Shown here piece after piece: positions 25,191 to 38,678 of a stretch of 64,000 nt of DNA; within the stretch, counting starts at the first letter, position 1, and each line of letters starts with the position of its first letter. The DNA comes from the human T2T-CHM13v2.0 reference genome, Homo sapiens. The stretch is from the NCBI RefSeq assembly GCF_009914755.1, contig NC_060938.1. One strand, written 5' to 3'. The translations under genes and the position numbers were made by a program. The notes under the pieces were generated by a model that had not been told where the DNA came from, did no database searches, and saw only the letters and a list, made by a program, of their open reading frames with translations.

Positions 25191-27209
25191 TGATGTTGGC
25201 AATTCTACAAAAATTGCTGAGGTGGGCAGAATTCCAGAGGTCATTAGTATAACCTTTGATTATTAGCTTCAACAACTATTCATTTAATTAAAAATTAAGT
25301 AAAAATATAATATATATACTGTTCTCAAGTACAGATATTTACTTTGACCTTGTACATTGATATTCACTCAGATCTAAGTACACAAACACACACATATATT
25401 TACATAGTTATATGTCCATTCATATGTGCCTTTATATGTACAATATGAATATTGTTGGTCTGTGACTTCCTTTGAACAAATTTAACGACATATTAACCAT
25501 TTATTTTCTGGACTTGGGATTGGCTCAGCGTATTCTCACTGAAACTCAAATTTTCCATGTTTTTCCATTAGAAAACATTTTCTGTTTTCCTACAGCTTTG
25601 ATAATGCCTAGTAATGAGAATTCTTCATTCATTATCTGTTTGAAAAACCTAATGTGTTATATTTAAATCTAGACCATCTATTAAAACTTTAGAAAGAGCT
25701 ATCCTTCCTTCCTATAACCATCTCTAACCCATCAGTTTTCAAATACATTAATTTATGTTACAGGATCACATCCAAGCCCTGCATTGTTTACCTGGACGGT
25801 ACCAAAACCTCTCTTGCTAAAAAATACGAAAATTACCCAAGAATAGGAAAGCATCCAATTCCTTCCATATTGGTAAATGTTGGTGTTTGAATGTATGGGG
25901 ACTATAAGTTTGAGGAACCTATGGGTGTTTACCAAATAACGTATTGTACTTTGTAATAAAGATGATGTTACTAACTTATCTTCACAACACAGCAGTTTCA
26001 AATTGTTTTTCCAATAGAATAATGTATTATATAAACATGCATATTCTTAAATAAATTTTGCCCTATCTGCTCCCCATCCCCTGCTTCTTTCACTTCATTC
26101 CTTTCTTAATCAAATATATTTATGGCTGGGGTAAGTAGGGTTGAGAGTATAATATGTATTCTCCAATAGATAAAACATAACTGGCCCATACTGAGCTCAT
26201 GACTCTGACTTCATTAAATGCTTACACTCATTCATGGAGCTAACTGGCCTACACTTACTTGATATTAATTGGGTTACTGATAAATTAAATTAGCCCTAGT
26301 ATAATTTCAATATCCTTATAAACTCAAGAAAAAATCTTGGCTAGCTAGTGAAGTTACGTTATCGACCTTCCCTCTATTACTTAGTAACCAAAACAAGATA
26401 CTCTTTGAATCTTTAGGGTTCTATTTTGTCTCTGACCGGTATTTTTCAACATTTTGTATGTGTGTGCGTGTGTATGTGCATATTAGCTGTTACTGCATCT
26501 AGAATTCTTTTATGCCTAAATCTCCTGGTTTCTTCTTCCCTATTCCCTCACTATTTATGAATATGCTAAATATTTTTGCCATGGCATAACATTTCTGGGT
26601 TTTCTATGAAGTTGATTGTCTGTGCATCATTTTCTTGCCTACTTTTTAAAAAACTTACTGTCTGTTTTTCCTTTTCTCTCCAATTGTTCCTGAACTTTCA
26701 CTTAAGGCAGAATTTCATTATTAGAGTGGAATTAAGACAAAGAACAGGAAGATATTAACTCATTTAACTCATTAGAAAGCAAAAACAGGATTTAATGCAG
26801 CCTAAGGTCTGTTTTAGGGAAATTCTAATTTCTGCTCAGGAATCTGTAGATATACTTAAGCTATTTCAGGCTGGCATATAGTCCTTATATTAAATAATAA
26901 TAATAGCAGTAATGATGAATTTATACTAATACAATATTAGAAAACAAAATTTAATGTAAATACTACAAATATTGGCATATGTAATATACTAGAATCTAAA
27001 ACTATATAACAGATGCAATAATATAAATATGTCATACCTATCAATATTGATTTATATGAGATAATTAAAATCATTGCTATGATAAATAGTATCATAGTCT
27101 TACAGTATTAATATTATAAAATAATATTATTATGCTTTTATTTACTTATATGATTAATTCCAGGAACAATGCCTTTTATGTCATTTTTAGTTCCATTGTG
27201 ATACCTGGC

Positions 27210-27269
27210 AAAATAAGAGATATATATCTCCTATTGGCTTTGTCTTTCTGGAGAACATTGACTAATACT
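27210..27269 (+). mobile_element. MLT2 (ERVL) LTR 3' terminal fragment
   Basis: tatatctcctattggctttgtctttctggagaacattgactaatac matches the MLT2 terminus. Confidence 0.65.
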
Positions 27270-27534
27270 GGACCAGCCTGAAAACATCATTAAATATTAG
27301 GAAGTTCTCTGTTGCCACACATCTAAGCCATTTCTTCCAGTTCAGTGTTGAGTAATAAAGCTAAATTTTTCATCTCTAGGATTATCTTTCAATTCTTTGT
27401 TTTATCTCTTAAGTGGTTCCTAACCCACCTGATAAAGAGAGTTGCTCTTCATTGGGTTTCCTCAAACCTAACACTGAGCTAGACAAGAGAGAAGAGACTG
27501 ATTCTAGATAAGGCAAGTGGCAGACATGAGTGCT

Positions 27535-27885
27535 ACTTGCTGGTGTTCCTGGTTCTTCTCTTCTTCCAAATATGCAAGTCAATTGCATGCCTTAGCCCCT
27601 TAATATCAATGAGCAAAATGACCTGTGTGACTTCCACATGGAAGCATTTAAGAGCTAGTGCACCAGAGTAATTCTCTACCTTCACTGTTCTATTCTGCCA
27701 TAAAAATCATAGCTACATACAGTGAAATCGGGCATCCTGTAAGCATGGAGCATCTATAGCCCCGGTCCCTGCATGACTACAATAAATAGAACTGCTGAGC
27801 CAAGATGGACTTGAAGTGTGATGGGGAATAAACCTTGGCTGTTTTAAGCCATTGAGATTTTGGAGTTCTTGGTCATGGCTGCAGA
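27535..27885 (+). mobile_element. MLT1H/I-like MaLR LTR
   Basis: caatgagcaaaatgacctgtgtgacttcc..gaagcatttaagagc..gaataaaccttggctgttttaagccattgagattttggag. Confidence 0.7.
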
Positions 27886-28369
27886 TGATGAGATCAAGAT
27901 ACATCTTTCTGAGGAAGTACAGTGACACTGAAGCTGAGGCTACAGATAAGAAAGAGCTGGACTCATGCAGAGTAGAAAGATCATTTTACACATAAACAGC
28001 TGCCACAAAGGACCTTAGAAGATAAGCAGCACAGAATATTTAAGGAACTAATGAAATTCCTGCTTGAATACAATCTGAAAGAAAGGGACAGTGGCCCAAG
28101 TGTTGTCCAGGCCAACTCATTCTAGCTCCACTCTCTTATAAAGAATCAGGGAGAAAACTTGAACCCCAGAAAGTCAATATTGGTGAGCACCGTTGATCTA
28201 GAACATTCTGCCTGCTCCTGATTATCCTGCTCTCTGAGAAGACAGAGATGGGAAGTGTTTAGGAGAAAGTAGAGAAAGGTAGCTTACAGAAATAATTTTC
28301 TTAATAGCAAAGCACCATTATTTGAGTCCATGATAAACAAGACATCCTAGTGAGCCTGGGTATGGACAG

Positions 28370-28488
28370 CAGAGGCAGAATCAAACTTTTCAGGTCTAAG
28401 GAGGCCCCAGCAGGGGCCTCTTTAGGGTCCTGAAAATGAAGGTTTCAGAAGCTTATCTTTATCAGCTTCACAGTAACTCACGTTTGTG
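28370..28488. mobile_element. Probable small hAT-Tip100-like MITE containing a strong hairpin (28387-28436)
   Basis: Begins cagaggcaga; the far end in antisense resembles the recalled Zaphod/MER115-type terminus (ttactgtgaagctgataaagataagcttc); internal fold-back. Confidence 0.4.
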
Positions 28489-29959
28489 TGATCTTCTGAT
28501 TTTAAAACACTGGTGCTGTTTCATTGTCTACCATGATATTCTTCAAGCTTTTAAAAACTTGAGTTTCCTCGAGGTACATAAAAATATGATCACCCTCCAC
28601 TCCCCATCATTGCAATTGTAAAAAATCTCCTGACTTTTCTATGATCCCCCACCAGTACACAGACCATCAACTCACTTAGATATAACACAAACTTTTTGGA
28701 GTGATATTAAAATCCCTTCACAAGCAGATCCTCATCTGCATTTGCAGGCCTTCACACCAGACAACACAGCATTTCCCTTCACCAAACCACATGGCTTATT
28801 ATATATATATATATAACTCATGCTAAATAATTTCTTAGGCTGTGAATCTCCTACTCCTTTATTTTCAATAATTCACAAAATTGTGATTTTTCTTTAAGAT
28901 TCAGCCTGAATGTCTTCCACGATATTATCACTAAATTTCCTAGATCTATTTATTCTATTAATTAAGTCCTTTTCTGTGTTCCTTAGTATTCTATTATGGC
29001 ACATACTAAATGGCATTATTGTTACTTGTAGCTGTGTCTCTCTCTGCCATTGGAATATAGTGTCCTACATGGAAACTAGTACTTGCTGGGTGTTCAACAA
29101 ATGTTTTCAGTTGGAAGCTTTGTAGGGTGAAAGGAAGGGAAGTAGAGCTAAAAAGAAGGTAGAAGACAGCTCCCCAGTTGAGAAATGTATTTTTTAATGA
29201 AACTCCTATAGCAACACTTAGCTTTTGCCTCCTTGTGATTTGTTTCTTTCCATTTCAAAAGTTGTTCATATTTCAGTAAATATGAGTCACCTGCCTTATT
29301 GTTACTTGTAGCAGTATCATTAGTGAGGATCCTTCAGGGAATGGGCCCTTAAGCATTTGCTTCAAATGACAGATGACTGGTTCCATGCTATTAAACTGAT
29401 CTCTCACCCCATTCCAGACCCTAGCCAGACACTGGAAGCACTAACACCATCATAATTCTTACTCTGGACCTTCTATGAACCAGTTTACTTTCAGGATGTT
29501 GTTCATTTGTTTTGGCTGAACACATCAAGTTTCTCTGAACGTTTACTGCTCTCCATTCAGCACAGGTCAAATCTCCTTCATAAACTCTGCCTTCACATGT
29601 GAGACTTGCCACTCTCCTCAGACACCCTTTCCACCCTACCTCTGCAACTCTCTTATAGTCCCTTCTTCATCTGCAAGGTTATTCTCATTTTCTATTTCCA
29701 GAGTTCCAAATCTCTCCTGACCCAAAGAATCTCGTAGAGGTCAGAAAGAGGTTCCTTGTCATTTACATTCTGCTCAAACAAAAAAAAAAAAAAGAGGAAT
29801 AAGAACTAGAAAACAAACCAGATCATACTGGGTATTGGGCAATGACATTAACTCTCCCTGCGTCCTTTCCTAATCCAGCTACTCTAACGTCATTGCTCCT
29901 TCCTCCATTCTCCCCGGAGTATTATTTCCAATATTTGTTATCATATTCTATATCATAGT

Positions 29960-30085
29960 ATTTGCACGTATTCTAACTTGGCCTAAATTGTGAGGTCCCT
30001 GAGGGCAGAAATGTTATGTTATTTACCTTTCTCTCCATAGCATCTGACACACAGCACATACTTAATAAGTGGTTTTTGAATTGAG
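29960..30085 (+). mobile_element. L2 3' terminus
   Basis: aaattgtgaggtccctgagggcagaaatgttatgttatt..catagcatctgacacacagcacatacttaataagtg. Confidence 0.65.
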
Positions 30086-30109
30086 TTACTTTAATCACCT
30101 GACTCCTGA

Positions 30110-30458
<349 letters not shown>

Positions 30459-30498
30459 CCATCAACCTTTTTGAAAATAAAAACACTGAACATCTTTA

Positions 30499-30692
30499 AT
30501 ATATATACACATATACACGTGTTTATATATATATACACATACACATATACATGTTTATATATGTGTGTGTTTATATATGTGTGTGTGTATATAAACACAT
30601 ATATATAATGGAAAACTCACATTTTTGTATATATGAAAATATATTTTTATATACATAATACTTTTCATGTATATATTTTATATATATATATA
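30499..30692. repeat. Compound (TA)/(CA)/(TG) low-complexity microsatellite
   Basis: Directly visible alternating purine-pyrimidine tract. Confidence 0.9.
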
Positions 30693-30999
30693 AAAATACA
30701 GATAAATGTCAGATAGTTTTCCAAGATTTTCAAAAAAAGCAGCCATCTCTGTGTTCCTTTCCACCCCTGACCTCATCCTCAGAGGCAAACACTTCAACTC
30801 CTGTATTCCTTCCCACTACTTGCCTCTGCATGTGTAAACGGTACACAGTGATCTTTCTTAACCCTTCCCATGGTATTAAGTGGAAGATAAGGGTTGAGCT
30901 TTTTACGTGCTTTCTTTTCCCCCACACGTATTTTACCTCCTTCCAAACTCCAATAGAGTTCAACTCAATTACTCCTCAGGCCCTCTACCCTCTCATTTC

Positions 31000-31350
31000 T
31001 ATCTGGAACGTTGCTCTTGGGGTCTGTTTCATAGCTGCCATCCTGAGATTCCCCCCTCAGCATCATCTTTGCCTTTTTTTTTCAGTCCTCTCCTGTGCTG
31101 ATTTCCATGTTTCCTGGATCCCAGATATTTGTATTTTTGTGTTTATTTCTTCCTGTGTTGCATCATGTCTTCAGCACTTTTTCAATATATCTTTTATAAA
31201 AAACTAATACTCACTTTTTGGGAACTTACATTTTTGAAAACTTGCATGTTTTTAAAAAAACTTTTATTCAATTTTCACACATAATGGGAAGTTTGGCTTA
31301 AAATAGAATTATAGGTTAGAGATGACTATCACATGGAATTTGGAAGGCAT
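31000..31350 (-). mobile_element. Old L1M/HAL1-like fragment
   Basis: acttgcatgtttttaaaaaaacttttatt..agtttggcttaaaatagaattataggttaga (antisense ORF1-end-like). Confidence 0.5.
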
Positions 31351-32072
31351 CACCTGCCTTAAGAGGTTCCAGTGAAGTGCATGTAAAGAATCTCTTAGAT
31401 TATGTGAAAAGGTGAATGAATGCTTGTCTGAGGGATGCAAGACACAAATCCAGGTAAGCCAACTGGAGAGGCAACATTGGAGGGAATTCAGAAGATGGAG
31501 ATGAATTTGAAAAATGAGGCAGATTTTCCAAATCATCGTTGATTCAACCATGACAGAACAGGGTAGAAACTGGGAAAGCCTGAAGAAAGCAAAAGGATTG
31601 GAAGTAGAGACTTTTATGTGGAGCCAAAAAAAAATGTCCTGGGACAAAATAATAAATAAAATAAACTACCTCCGGTTGCTTTCGACTTGGTGCCAGCAGC
31701 TGGCTTAGAGAGAACCTCTTCAAGGGCTGACCAAAGTCTTGACACCTGGGCTTTCTCCCGCCCCAATTTCATTTTCTTAGATGAAGTTAGCTCAGCTCTC
31801 ATTAATTCCTATATGACCTTAAAATATAAAACGTAATCACACCAGGCAACAAGGCCATTTGTCTCTTCTTGCAACTGAGGACCTTTTCAGTCCAGCAACT
31901 AAGGCCACAAACAAAATGGCTCAAGTGTTTTTTCAAATTGTCCTGCTGAAGAGGATCCTTTAGTTCTACAATGTTAGGCAGCTGCTATCCCTGAAATTGA
32001 AAGGTTGGGAACACTGGCCAGGACAGAAACAATCTATCTGATTGCTGAGAACTCCAAACAAGCATCGAGTAC

Positions 32073-32119
32073 AGAATTCCATGAAGATAGAGAATTCCAT
32101 CAAGATATAGAATTCCATC
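32073..32119. repeat. 18-bp tandem repeat, ~2.6 copies (AGAATTCCATSAAGATAK)
   Basis: Units start at 32073, 32091 and 32109. Confidence 0.9.
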
Positions 32120-32599
32120 TGAATCCATGTGCAGTGATACCTGTGTCTTCCTTGATGTGCTGTTCCATTCTGCTGGAAAGTGTCTCTTTGGCTTTGGTGC
32201 TAATGTATGCTTCATCTTTCATGATAATTGTGATAGAGCTTCAGGATAATTCCTTAAATGGCACTCAATGTGCCCTACCCATACCACACCAGAGTCCAAC
32301 AATGTTTCCTAATCAAGGACATCAGATGATATCAACAGTCGGAGACCATCACCTATTGCTGCTAAGTAAAGTGTGCAAAGATCTCTTGCCTCTTCCAAAA
32401 CAGATGGGCTTATGTATCTGCTTTGAGCTTTGGGTATTTATGATGCTAAAAATGCGCTGGAGGAAAAATAAAAAAAGGCATCCCTTAGTATCCCAAGTAA
32501 AGTAAAGAAAAAACGGGAGGAAGGTCATAAAAGGGATGTAAATATCTTCTGCCATGCCTCCTCCTTCTTTGCTGAAAAGTTGCAAGGTTTTCCTATAGG

Positions 32600-32760
32600 C
32601 CTTGATTCACAAATTGTGGTCCACTTGACAGCAGCGTCTGATCCCCAGGGATCTTATTAGAAATTCAGAATCTCAGACCCCAGCCCTTCTCAGTCAGAAT
32701 TTTCATTTTTAACAAGATCCCTAGGTGATTCATATAAATATTAAAACCGGAGAATCACTG
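32600..32760. mobile_element. MER5A (hAT-Charlie MITE)
   Basis: cttattagaaattcagaatctcagacccc..tttttaacaagatccctaggtgattcata..gagaatcactg; 8-bp TSD cctatagg/cctatggg. Confidence 0.85.
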
Positions 32761-32804
32761 CCTATGGGGACATTGAATCGCAGTGGGAGGCACAGGATGC
32801 CGCT

Positions 32805-34200
32805 ATGTTTCATTACTGCTGAAATGGTTAAGGTGATCATTTGGTTAAGGTGATGTCTGCCAGGTTTCTCCACTGTAGTTACTTACTTCCCCTTTGTAAT
32901 TAATAAGCATTTTACCCTCAGATACTTTAAACTACACAAGTATTTTTGCCCCCTAATTTTAATATCCATTGACAATAACTGACTGCAACAATTATTACGA
33001 TGATATTTGCCAAATGGTGACTTTTAAAATTTGTAATTGACTATTTTTGAGAATAGTTTTAAATTACATATACACCCCACAACTAGTTCTATTGTTAAAA
33101 TCTTACATTAATGATATATTTGTTACAATTAATGAACCAATATTGACACATTATTATTAACTACAGTTCATAGTTTCAGATTTCCTTAGTTCTACTTAAG
33201 GTCCTTTTCTGTTCCAGAATCTCACCCAGGATACTACATTACATTTAGCTGTCCTGTCTCCATAGGCTCCTCTTAGCTGTAAAAGTTTCTCTGGCATCTG
33301 TTTTCACCACTCCTTCCTCATTTATAAATTGGAATTCAACTTAAAGAGCTATCTCTTTTCCATCACTTCTTTAATTATTTACATCTATATGGACTCATGG
33401 ATATTTATTTATTCTCTGTGTTTTAAGCCATTACCATCATTATCTGTTTTATTACACAGATGGACTCAGATGTGTTATTTGGGAACTTCCTCCAGTTAGC
33501 TTCTGGACATGCTTCCATCGTTTTTTGAGCACTTGCTTACTTTCTGGCATCATTAAATGTTCTAGGCTCATCTTGTGCTTTCCTGACCCCTTCTTGGAGT
33601 CAGACATTTCTCTGAGGAGTCTAGGTCCTTTAATTGGTGAATGGTATTTAGAAACCAAGATCTCAGGGCTGGGTGTTCTTCTGCAACTGGGATATCATTA
33701 TTTCCAGGCTCTCTTAGCAGCAGAGCTAAAAAATATGTGTATGTATACTGACCCAAGCACACATATACATCTATATCTATTTCCACATCTATTAAAAACC
33801 ATGAGTTCATACTGATACCTCTGATTCCACCTAACAGCATGGGGTTCTCTCTAATAATAGTCCCTATTACTTATTTGTAAGCTCTTTCTCTAACAATGAG
33901 AAAATAAGCTTTCATTATTTATAGTAAATTTACTTATTTATTCAGTATCAGAATATAAATAAAGAAGTTTCAGAATTGCTAATCCAAACCTCTGTGAAAA
34001 ACAAATTTACTAATTAGAGCACAGTATTTGTGCATAGTTCTTTTTTTATCTTTAATCTTTCAGGATATGGTTGAAATATTGTTTTCCAAGATGACATGTA
34101 GGTTAGCTCTTTTCTTCCCCGCCCTGTATTGTGGCAATGTGGTTCATTTATAATACAGCACAATTCATTTGCTATTGTTTTTATTCCATTTTGGGGTTCT
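32805..34200 (-). mobile_element. L1MC4-like 3' UTR with a nested L1MC3-like 3' fragment (~33030-33295)
   Basis: ttggttaaggtgatgtctgccaggtttctccactgta; ttacaattaatgaaccaatattgacacattattattaact; ggtgaatggtatttagaaaccaagatct. Confidence 0.8.
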
Positions 34201-35289
34201 AGTGAAGAGAAATCTTTTGTCTTATCAAAGGGTCCTACCTTCAACAAAGAGCTAAAAACAGAGCCAGTAATATTCCAGTATTCCTTGGCATTGTAAAGTA
34301 TTCCATAAAGAGTGAGAGATATTTTGGCCTCTTTGATCAGTATATGATTATCAGTATTTTTAAATTCCTATCTTAATACAATCCAAATAAGCAAAGTACA
34401 GCCTAGTCTGGAAGAGAGAGGCGTCTCTAATTTAGACATGCTCTAAAACAATGATGTGCCTTCTTTTAGTAATTTAATAAAAATTTTAAGCTGAATTTAT
34501 ACATCCAAACAAAACTGGGTTAGAGGGAGAAGAAAGTGACAATCAGTAATCCAACAATGATAAAACATATTAGGCATTTATTGAAATTAGACAGTAGAGT
34601 CAAAAATAAGTATCATAGAAAGATCACAGGCACCTAATATTCTATATGGCAGACCAGGTAAGCATAATAAAAAAATGAATAATTTATAAGCGCAAAATAC
34701 ACGTCCTTTTGTTTTGGATGGCTAAAAGTCACGGTAACAGTCTGCATTTTTAGTGGACTCAAGTCAGAGGATCCTAAGCTCTGTTAAAGTAGTAACAGGG
34801 ACTTATCACCTTTTCCCCTCAAAAAAGGTAGAAAAACCTTCCTTAACTCAAGCGCCGACAGATAATGCACCCAATCTCAAATCTCAGCATGGTCCCCTTA
34901 GGTCTTATCCAATGCCTCTATGGTCACTCTTGTCTCTGTTCTTTCCTACTTACATCTAAATCCCAGTAAATCTCTCTCCTGGGTAAAAATTATAGCAACG
35001 ATCCCTCATTTTCTCTACTGATTAGGAGAAAATGGTTTAATAGAGCTCCAGAAACAAGTACAGATTTGTAAAGACATTTAATGTGGTTCCAGTCGTTTCT
35101 GAAGAGGCCCAGTTGCATAACCACCCTTCTCAGAGTTTGGATGTTGTTTTTTTCTTTATGTTATGTGAGATACCCCAGTGCATTCAATGGTAAATATTGT
35201 CCCAAAATATTTGTGGCTTCACATAGGATATTTGTATATACTACAGTATATCACATAGTATATCCTACTCATGCGGTCCATACTCTTTT

Positions 35290-35595
35290 ACGTGGCTTTT
35301 CTTTGAGCAGTCACTCAGGGACTCAGGTTTCTTCCAGCCTGTGGCTTCATTTCACTTTGGTGTTTGGAGCCTTCTCTATCCAGGGGCCAAATGGTAAAAT
35401 AAAATGGGATATTGCACATGGGAGGGATTCATGAGCCAGCCAGTGGTACCTATATATCACTTCTGCCCACATTCCATTGGTGGAATTCAGTTATATTGTC
35501 ATGCCCAATTGCGGGGAGGCTGGGAAAAGAGCACAGTTGAGTACCCATAAGGAAGGAGCAATGGTCTGGTGAAGAGGCAACCTGTCTTTACCATA
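35290..35595 (-). mobile_element. MLT1J-like MaLR LTR
   Basis: cagtcactcagggactcaggtttcttcca..atcacttctgcccacattccattgg..gggaggctgggaaa. Confidence 0.75.
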
Positions 35596-35599
35596 GCTC

Positions 35600-35690
35600 A
35601 TGAACTCCCATTTCAAAGATTCTTATTTTTTGCTTAAACTCATTTGATTTGGTATATCATCACTTGCAACCAAGGGTACAGACTAGTACA
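35600..35690 (+). mobile_element. MLT1 LTR 3' terminal fragment
   Basis: tttttgcttaaactcatttga..tcacttgcaaccaagggtacagactagtaca. Confidence 0.55.
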
Positions 35691-36043
35691 TGTCTTAGGT
35701 ATAATAATATAGATTTGACCAAGGACAAGTGCTAAATTCCTCAGGTGAACACTTAAGTAATTGCAGTATAGATTTCATTGTTCTTTTTTGTTGTAAAAAA
35801 TAAGAACAGAGACTCAGAATGTAAGGTAAGAGACATAAGAGATGGTAAAGATACAATGAAAAGGATCATAATATCCAGCATAATATTAAGGATATGTCAT
35901 TTTTTTAAGGATTAAACTTTTTCTCTAACCACTGACATGCAATTCTGTCTTATGGGGTGAAGGGATTTCTTTATTACTTTCTATCAAAATCTAAGAGTTT
36001 TATAAACTCTTCCAAGTTATTCTCCACAACTCTCTTCATACAC

Positions 36044-36212
36044 CAGTGGTTATTATATTTGTCCATGCATCAAAATAAGGAGCTTATTTAAAACATGAAA
36101 GCCCAGGCAAAAACCCTAAAGATAATCAGTCATCAGTTGAGGTTAGGGCTGTGTCTTTGTATTTATTTAATGCCAGAGGTGATTTTGACATGCAGCTAAT
36201 TTGGAAAACCAC
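36044..36212. mobile_element. MER5-family MITE
   Basis: cagtggtt...ggagcttatttaaaacatg...aggtgattttgacatgcagctaatttggaaaaccact (terminal inverted repeats). Confidence 0.7.
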
Positions 36213-36929
36213 TATCATAGGATGTAAGAATAAATGTGAATCTTCTCTTAGCAATAACCATATATTTCCCATAGTTTCTCAAGTTAAACTTATAATTTAA
36301 ATAATTAAAACATTGCTTTATAAGAACCCAGTGGAAGACATCCAAAATATCTATGAGAATTGTTTCCAGAAGATAGATGGTAGGCACTATGAATGTAGGG
36401 CTGTTGCTGGCTGAACTGAGCTGTGCAGGCTTCATAGGGCAATATTATTTGACCTTGCCCTGGTAAGTGGATACAATTGGATAAGAGCATAGGACAGACC
36501 ACTTCAGACATGTGGAAGCAGCAAAAACAGTCACAGTTGGGAAAGCAGCAGGCAGAGACAAGGGATAAGAAGCAGGCCAGCATAGCTAGAGCAGAAACAA
36601 TGAAGGAAAAATCCAGAGCAGCATAACAAAATTCTAAACTGTGCACTGTGAGCTCAAAGTGCTATGGAAATTCCAAAAAGAGAGTCATTTGGTTAGAACA
36701 GCCAAGAAGACTTCATGAAGAAAGCAGAACTTGAGCTGGGTCATGAAGGACAGTGGGATTCTGTTAACCAGAGAGGAAAGGGGAAAAAATTATTTTTATT
36801 TTGATGTTTCTAAAATCCAGCTGACAAAATAAAACACTACCTGGCTGAAATATTCTATTTTTTGTGTAGATGTACCAAGGTCTTATGTGTACAGTTTGAT
36901 TATTGTAAAATTTTATAATTTTATTATCC

Positions 36930-37340
36930 AATTTGTTTAAATGTCTATTTACCACATAGTGCTTGAGTAAGCTTTTAGTGAATAATTTTTAATATAAGAT
37001 AATATTTTAAAAAACTAAATCAAGAAAAAATACAAATAAAAACAAGCATTAAGGAAACAGAGGAATATAAATATATAAGCATGTAAGCATGGATATATAA
37101 CATAATTAGTTTATGTTAGCCATAATTTTTCTCAGAGTGTCCTGGAAATTCAACCAAAAACAGAAACTCAATGAGTTACACAATTCTCAGTATCTCTAAG
37201 AAGAAATTATACTAATTTTTCATGGGAAGAAAAATTTAGTCTGCACCTAGCGGTAGAAGAAATGTATCAACTGCGTTTAAATATTGAACCCTGTCGTCAC
37301 CAATGGATTTTTTTATGTTTTCTTTATTGCAACCACAGAA
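36930..37340 (-). mobile_element. Possible ancient L4 (RTE-X) LINE fragment
   Basis: tctcagagtgtcctggaaa..aaacagaaactcaatgagttacacaattctcagtatct resembles a recalled L4 3' region; weak. Confidence 0.35.
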
Positions 37341-38264
37341 GATAAACAAATCACAGAAGCTGCCCAATCGGTAGACCCATCGCAGTCTCTTTGGTGTACT
37401 TCATGACACATGAATCGCTCACCCACAGAGAGCCAAAGCAAACTTGATTTTCAATATTTTCCCTGCTGCTAGTCCTAAAACCCTGGAGGAACCAGGATCA
37501 TCAGAAAGGAATGTTTCTGATGTGTCTATACAGAGATGGTTCAGCTGCTTTGATTTAATTAACAACCAGTCGATTCAATCAATTAACAATTTCATTCCAT
37601 GAAAAACATTCCACCAAAATTTAGTAATATGAAAATGAAGTAACTCACTAATATCCCAGATTTTTATCTATTCATATGGCTATGTAGACCATGCAGAGAA
37701 ACAGCTTTTTTTCTTTTCCTATTTTTTTTAGTTCAGATCTGAATATTCTTGAGGAGTGACTAATTATCTCATGATAATGATAAACATCTGCTCCATGCTT
37801 TCAGAACTTCACAAGTATAACCATCCTGTGAGATTGTGTTTTCACCTGTGAAACAGGAGGTTCAATGACTCGAAAAAGTCTAAGATGTAGTTATTAATAG
37901 ACGAGGAGGAGGTATGGTGTTATACAAAGAGCTTTGGAGTCATATTAAACAACAGTTTATTTTCCAAATCCTGCATTTACTGGTAGGGTGGCTTGATATC
38001 ATCTGCCTAGTTCCAAATTGTAAACTCTATACTCTCAATATTGGTTTCCACCTTTGGCCCTTCAGATTTAGCTTTTATTTTCATTCTCACTTGAAATTTG
38101 GTCCTTGGCTCTATTCTTACTATTTTTGACTGTGCCAGCTCCCCTGGCCTCATTATCTTCTTGTTGTCTTGAATCACAACACCCGTACAACTATCTAACT
38201 CCAGCAAAACAGAACTCAACCCTTAGGCTGGTCCCTTAGCTAGAGCAGCCCAAACTACTGGCAA

Positions 38265-38330
38265 GGCATCCATGCACAACACAGGCAACTCCCACAAGCA
38301 GTAAACACTAGCACAGGACTCATACCAAAT
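38265..38330 (+). repeat. 66-bp direct repeat, copy 1 (copy 2 at 39687-39752)
   Basis: Ungapped manual alignment 54/66 identical. Confidence 0.9.
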
Positions 38331-38378
38331 GGCGGGGCACAGGGGAAGACTGGGACAAAAAAGAAAAAAAAGAGGACC

Positions 38379-38678
38379 AGCTGGGCATGGTAGTTCACGC
38401 CTGTAATCCCAGCACTTTGGGAGGCTGAGGCGGGTGGATTGCCAGGTCAGGAGTTCAAGACCAGCCCGGCCAAGGTGGTGAAACCCCATCACAACTAATA
38501 ATACAAAAATTAGCTGGGTGTGGTGGGGGGCTCCTGTAATCCTAGCTACTCGGACGGCTGAGGCAAAGAATTGCTTGAACCCAGAAGGCGGAGGTTGCAG
38601 TGAGCTAAGATTGCACCACTGCACTCCAGCCTGGGTGACAGAGCGAGACTCCATCTCAAAAAAAAAAAAAAAAAAAAA
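38379..38678 (+). mobile_element. Alu (AluSg-like), full length
   Basis: Sense dimer with A21 tail; A-rich TSD ending gacc on both sides. Confidence 0.95.

Noticed and set aside
32073-32119. Short direct repeats as a CRISPR-like array
   Set aside because: Tandem units with no unique spacers, eukaryotic context, no cas genes
32100-32222. Minus-strand peptide AYISTKAKETLSSRMEQH faintly like a GIY-YIG (Penelope) motif
   Set aside because: Lacks the YIG glycine and the upstream GIY motif and is bounded by stops; too weak without an HMM hit
37499-37522. 9-bp stem catcagaaa/tttctgatg with a GGAATG loop; also the 8-bp stem at 18081-18100
   Set aside because: Stems of this length are expected by chance in 64 kb
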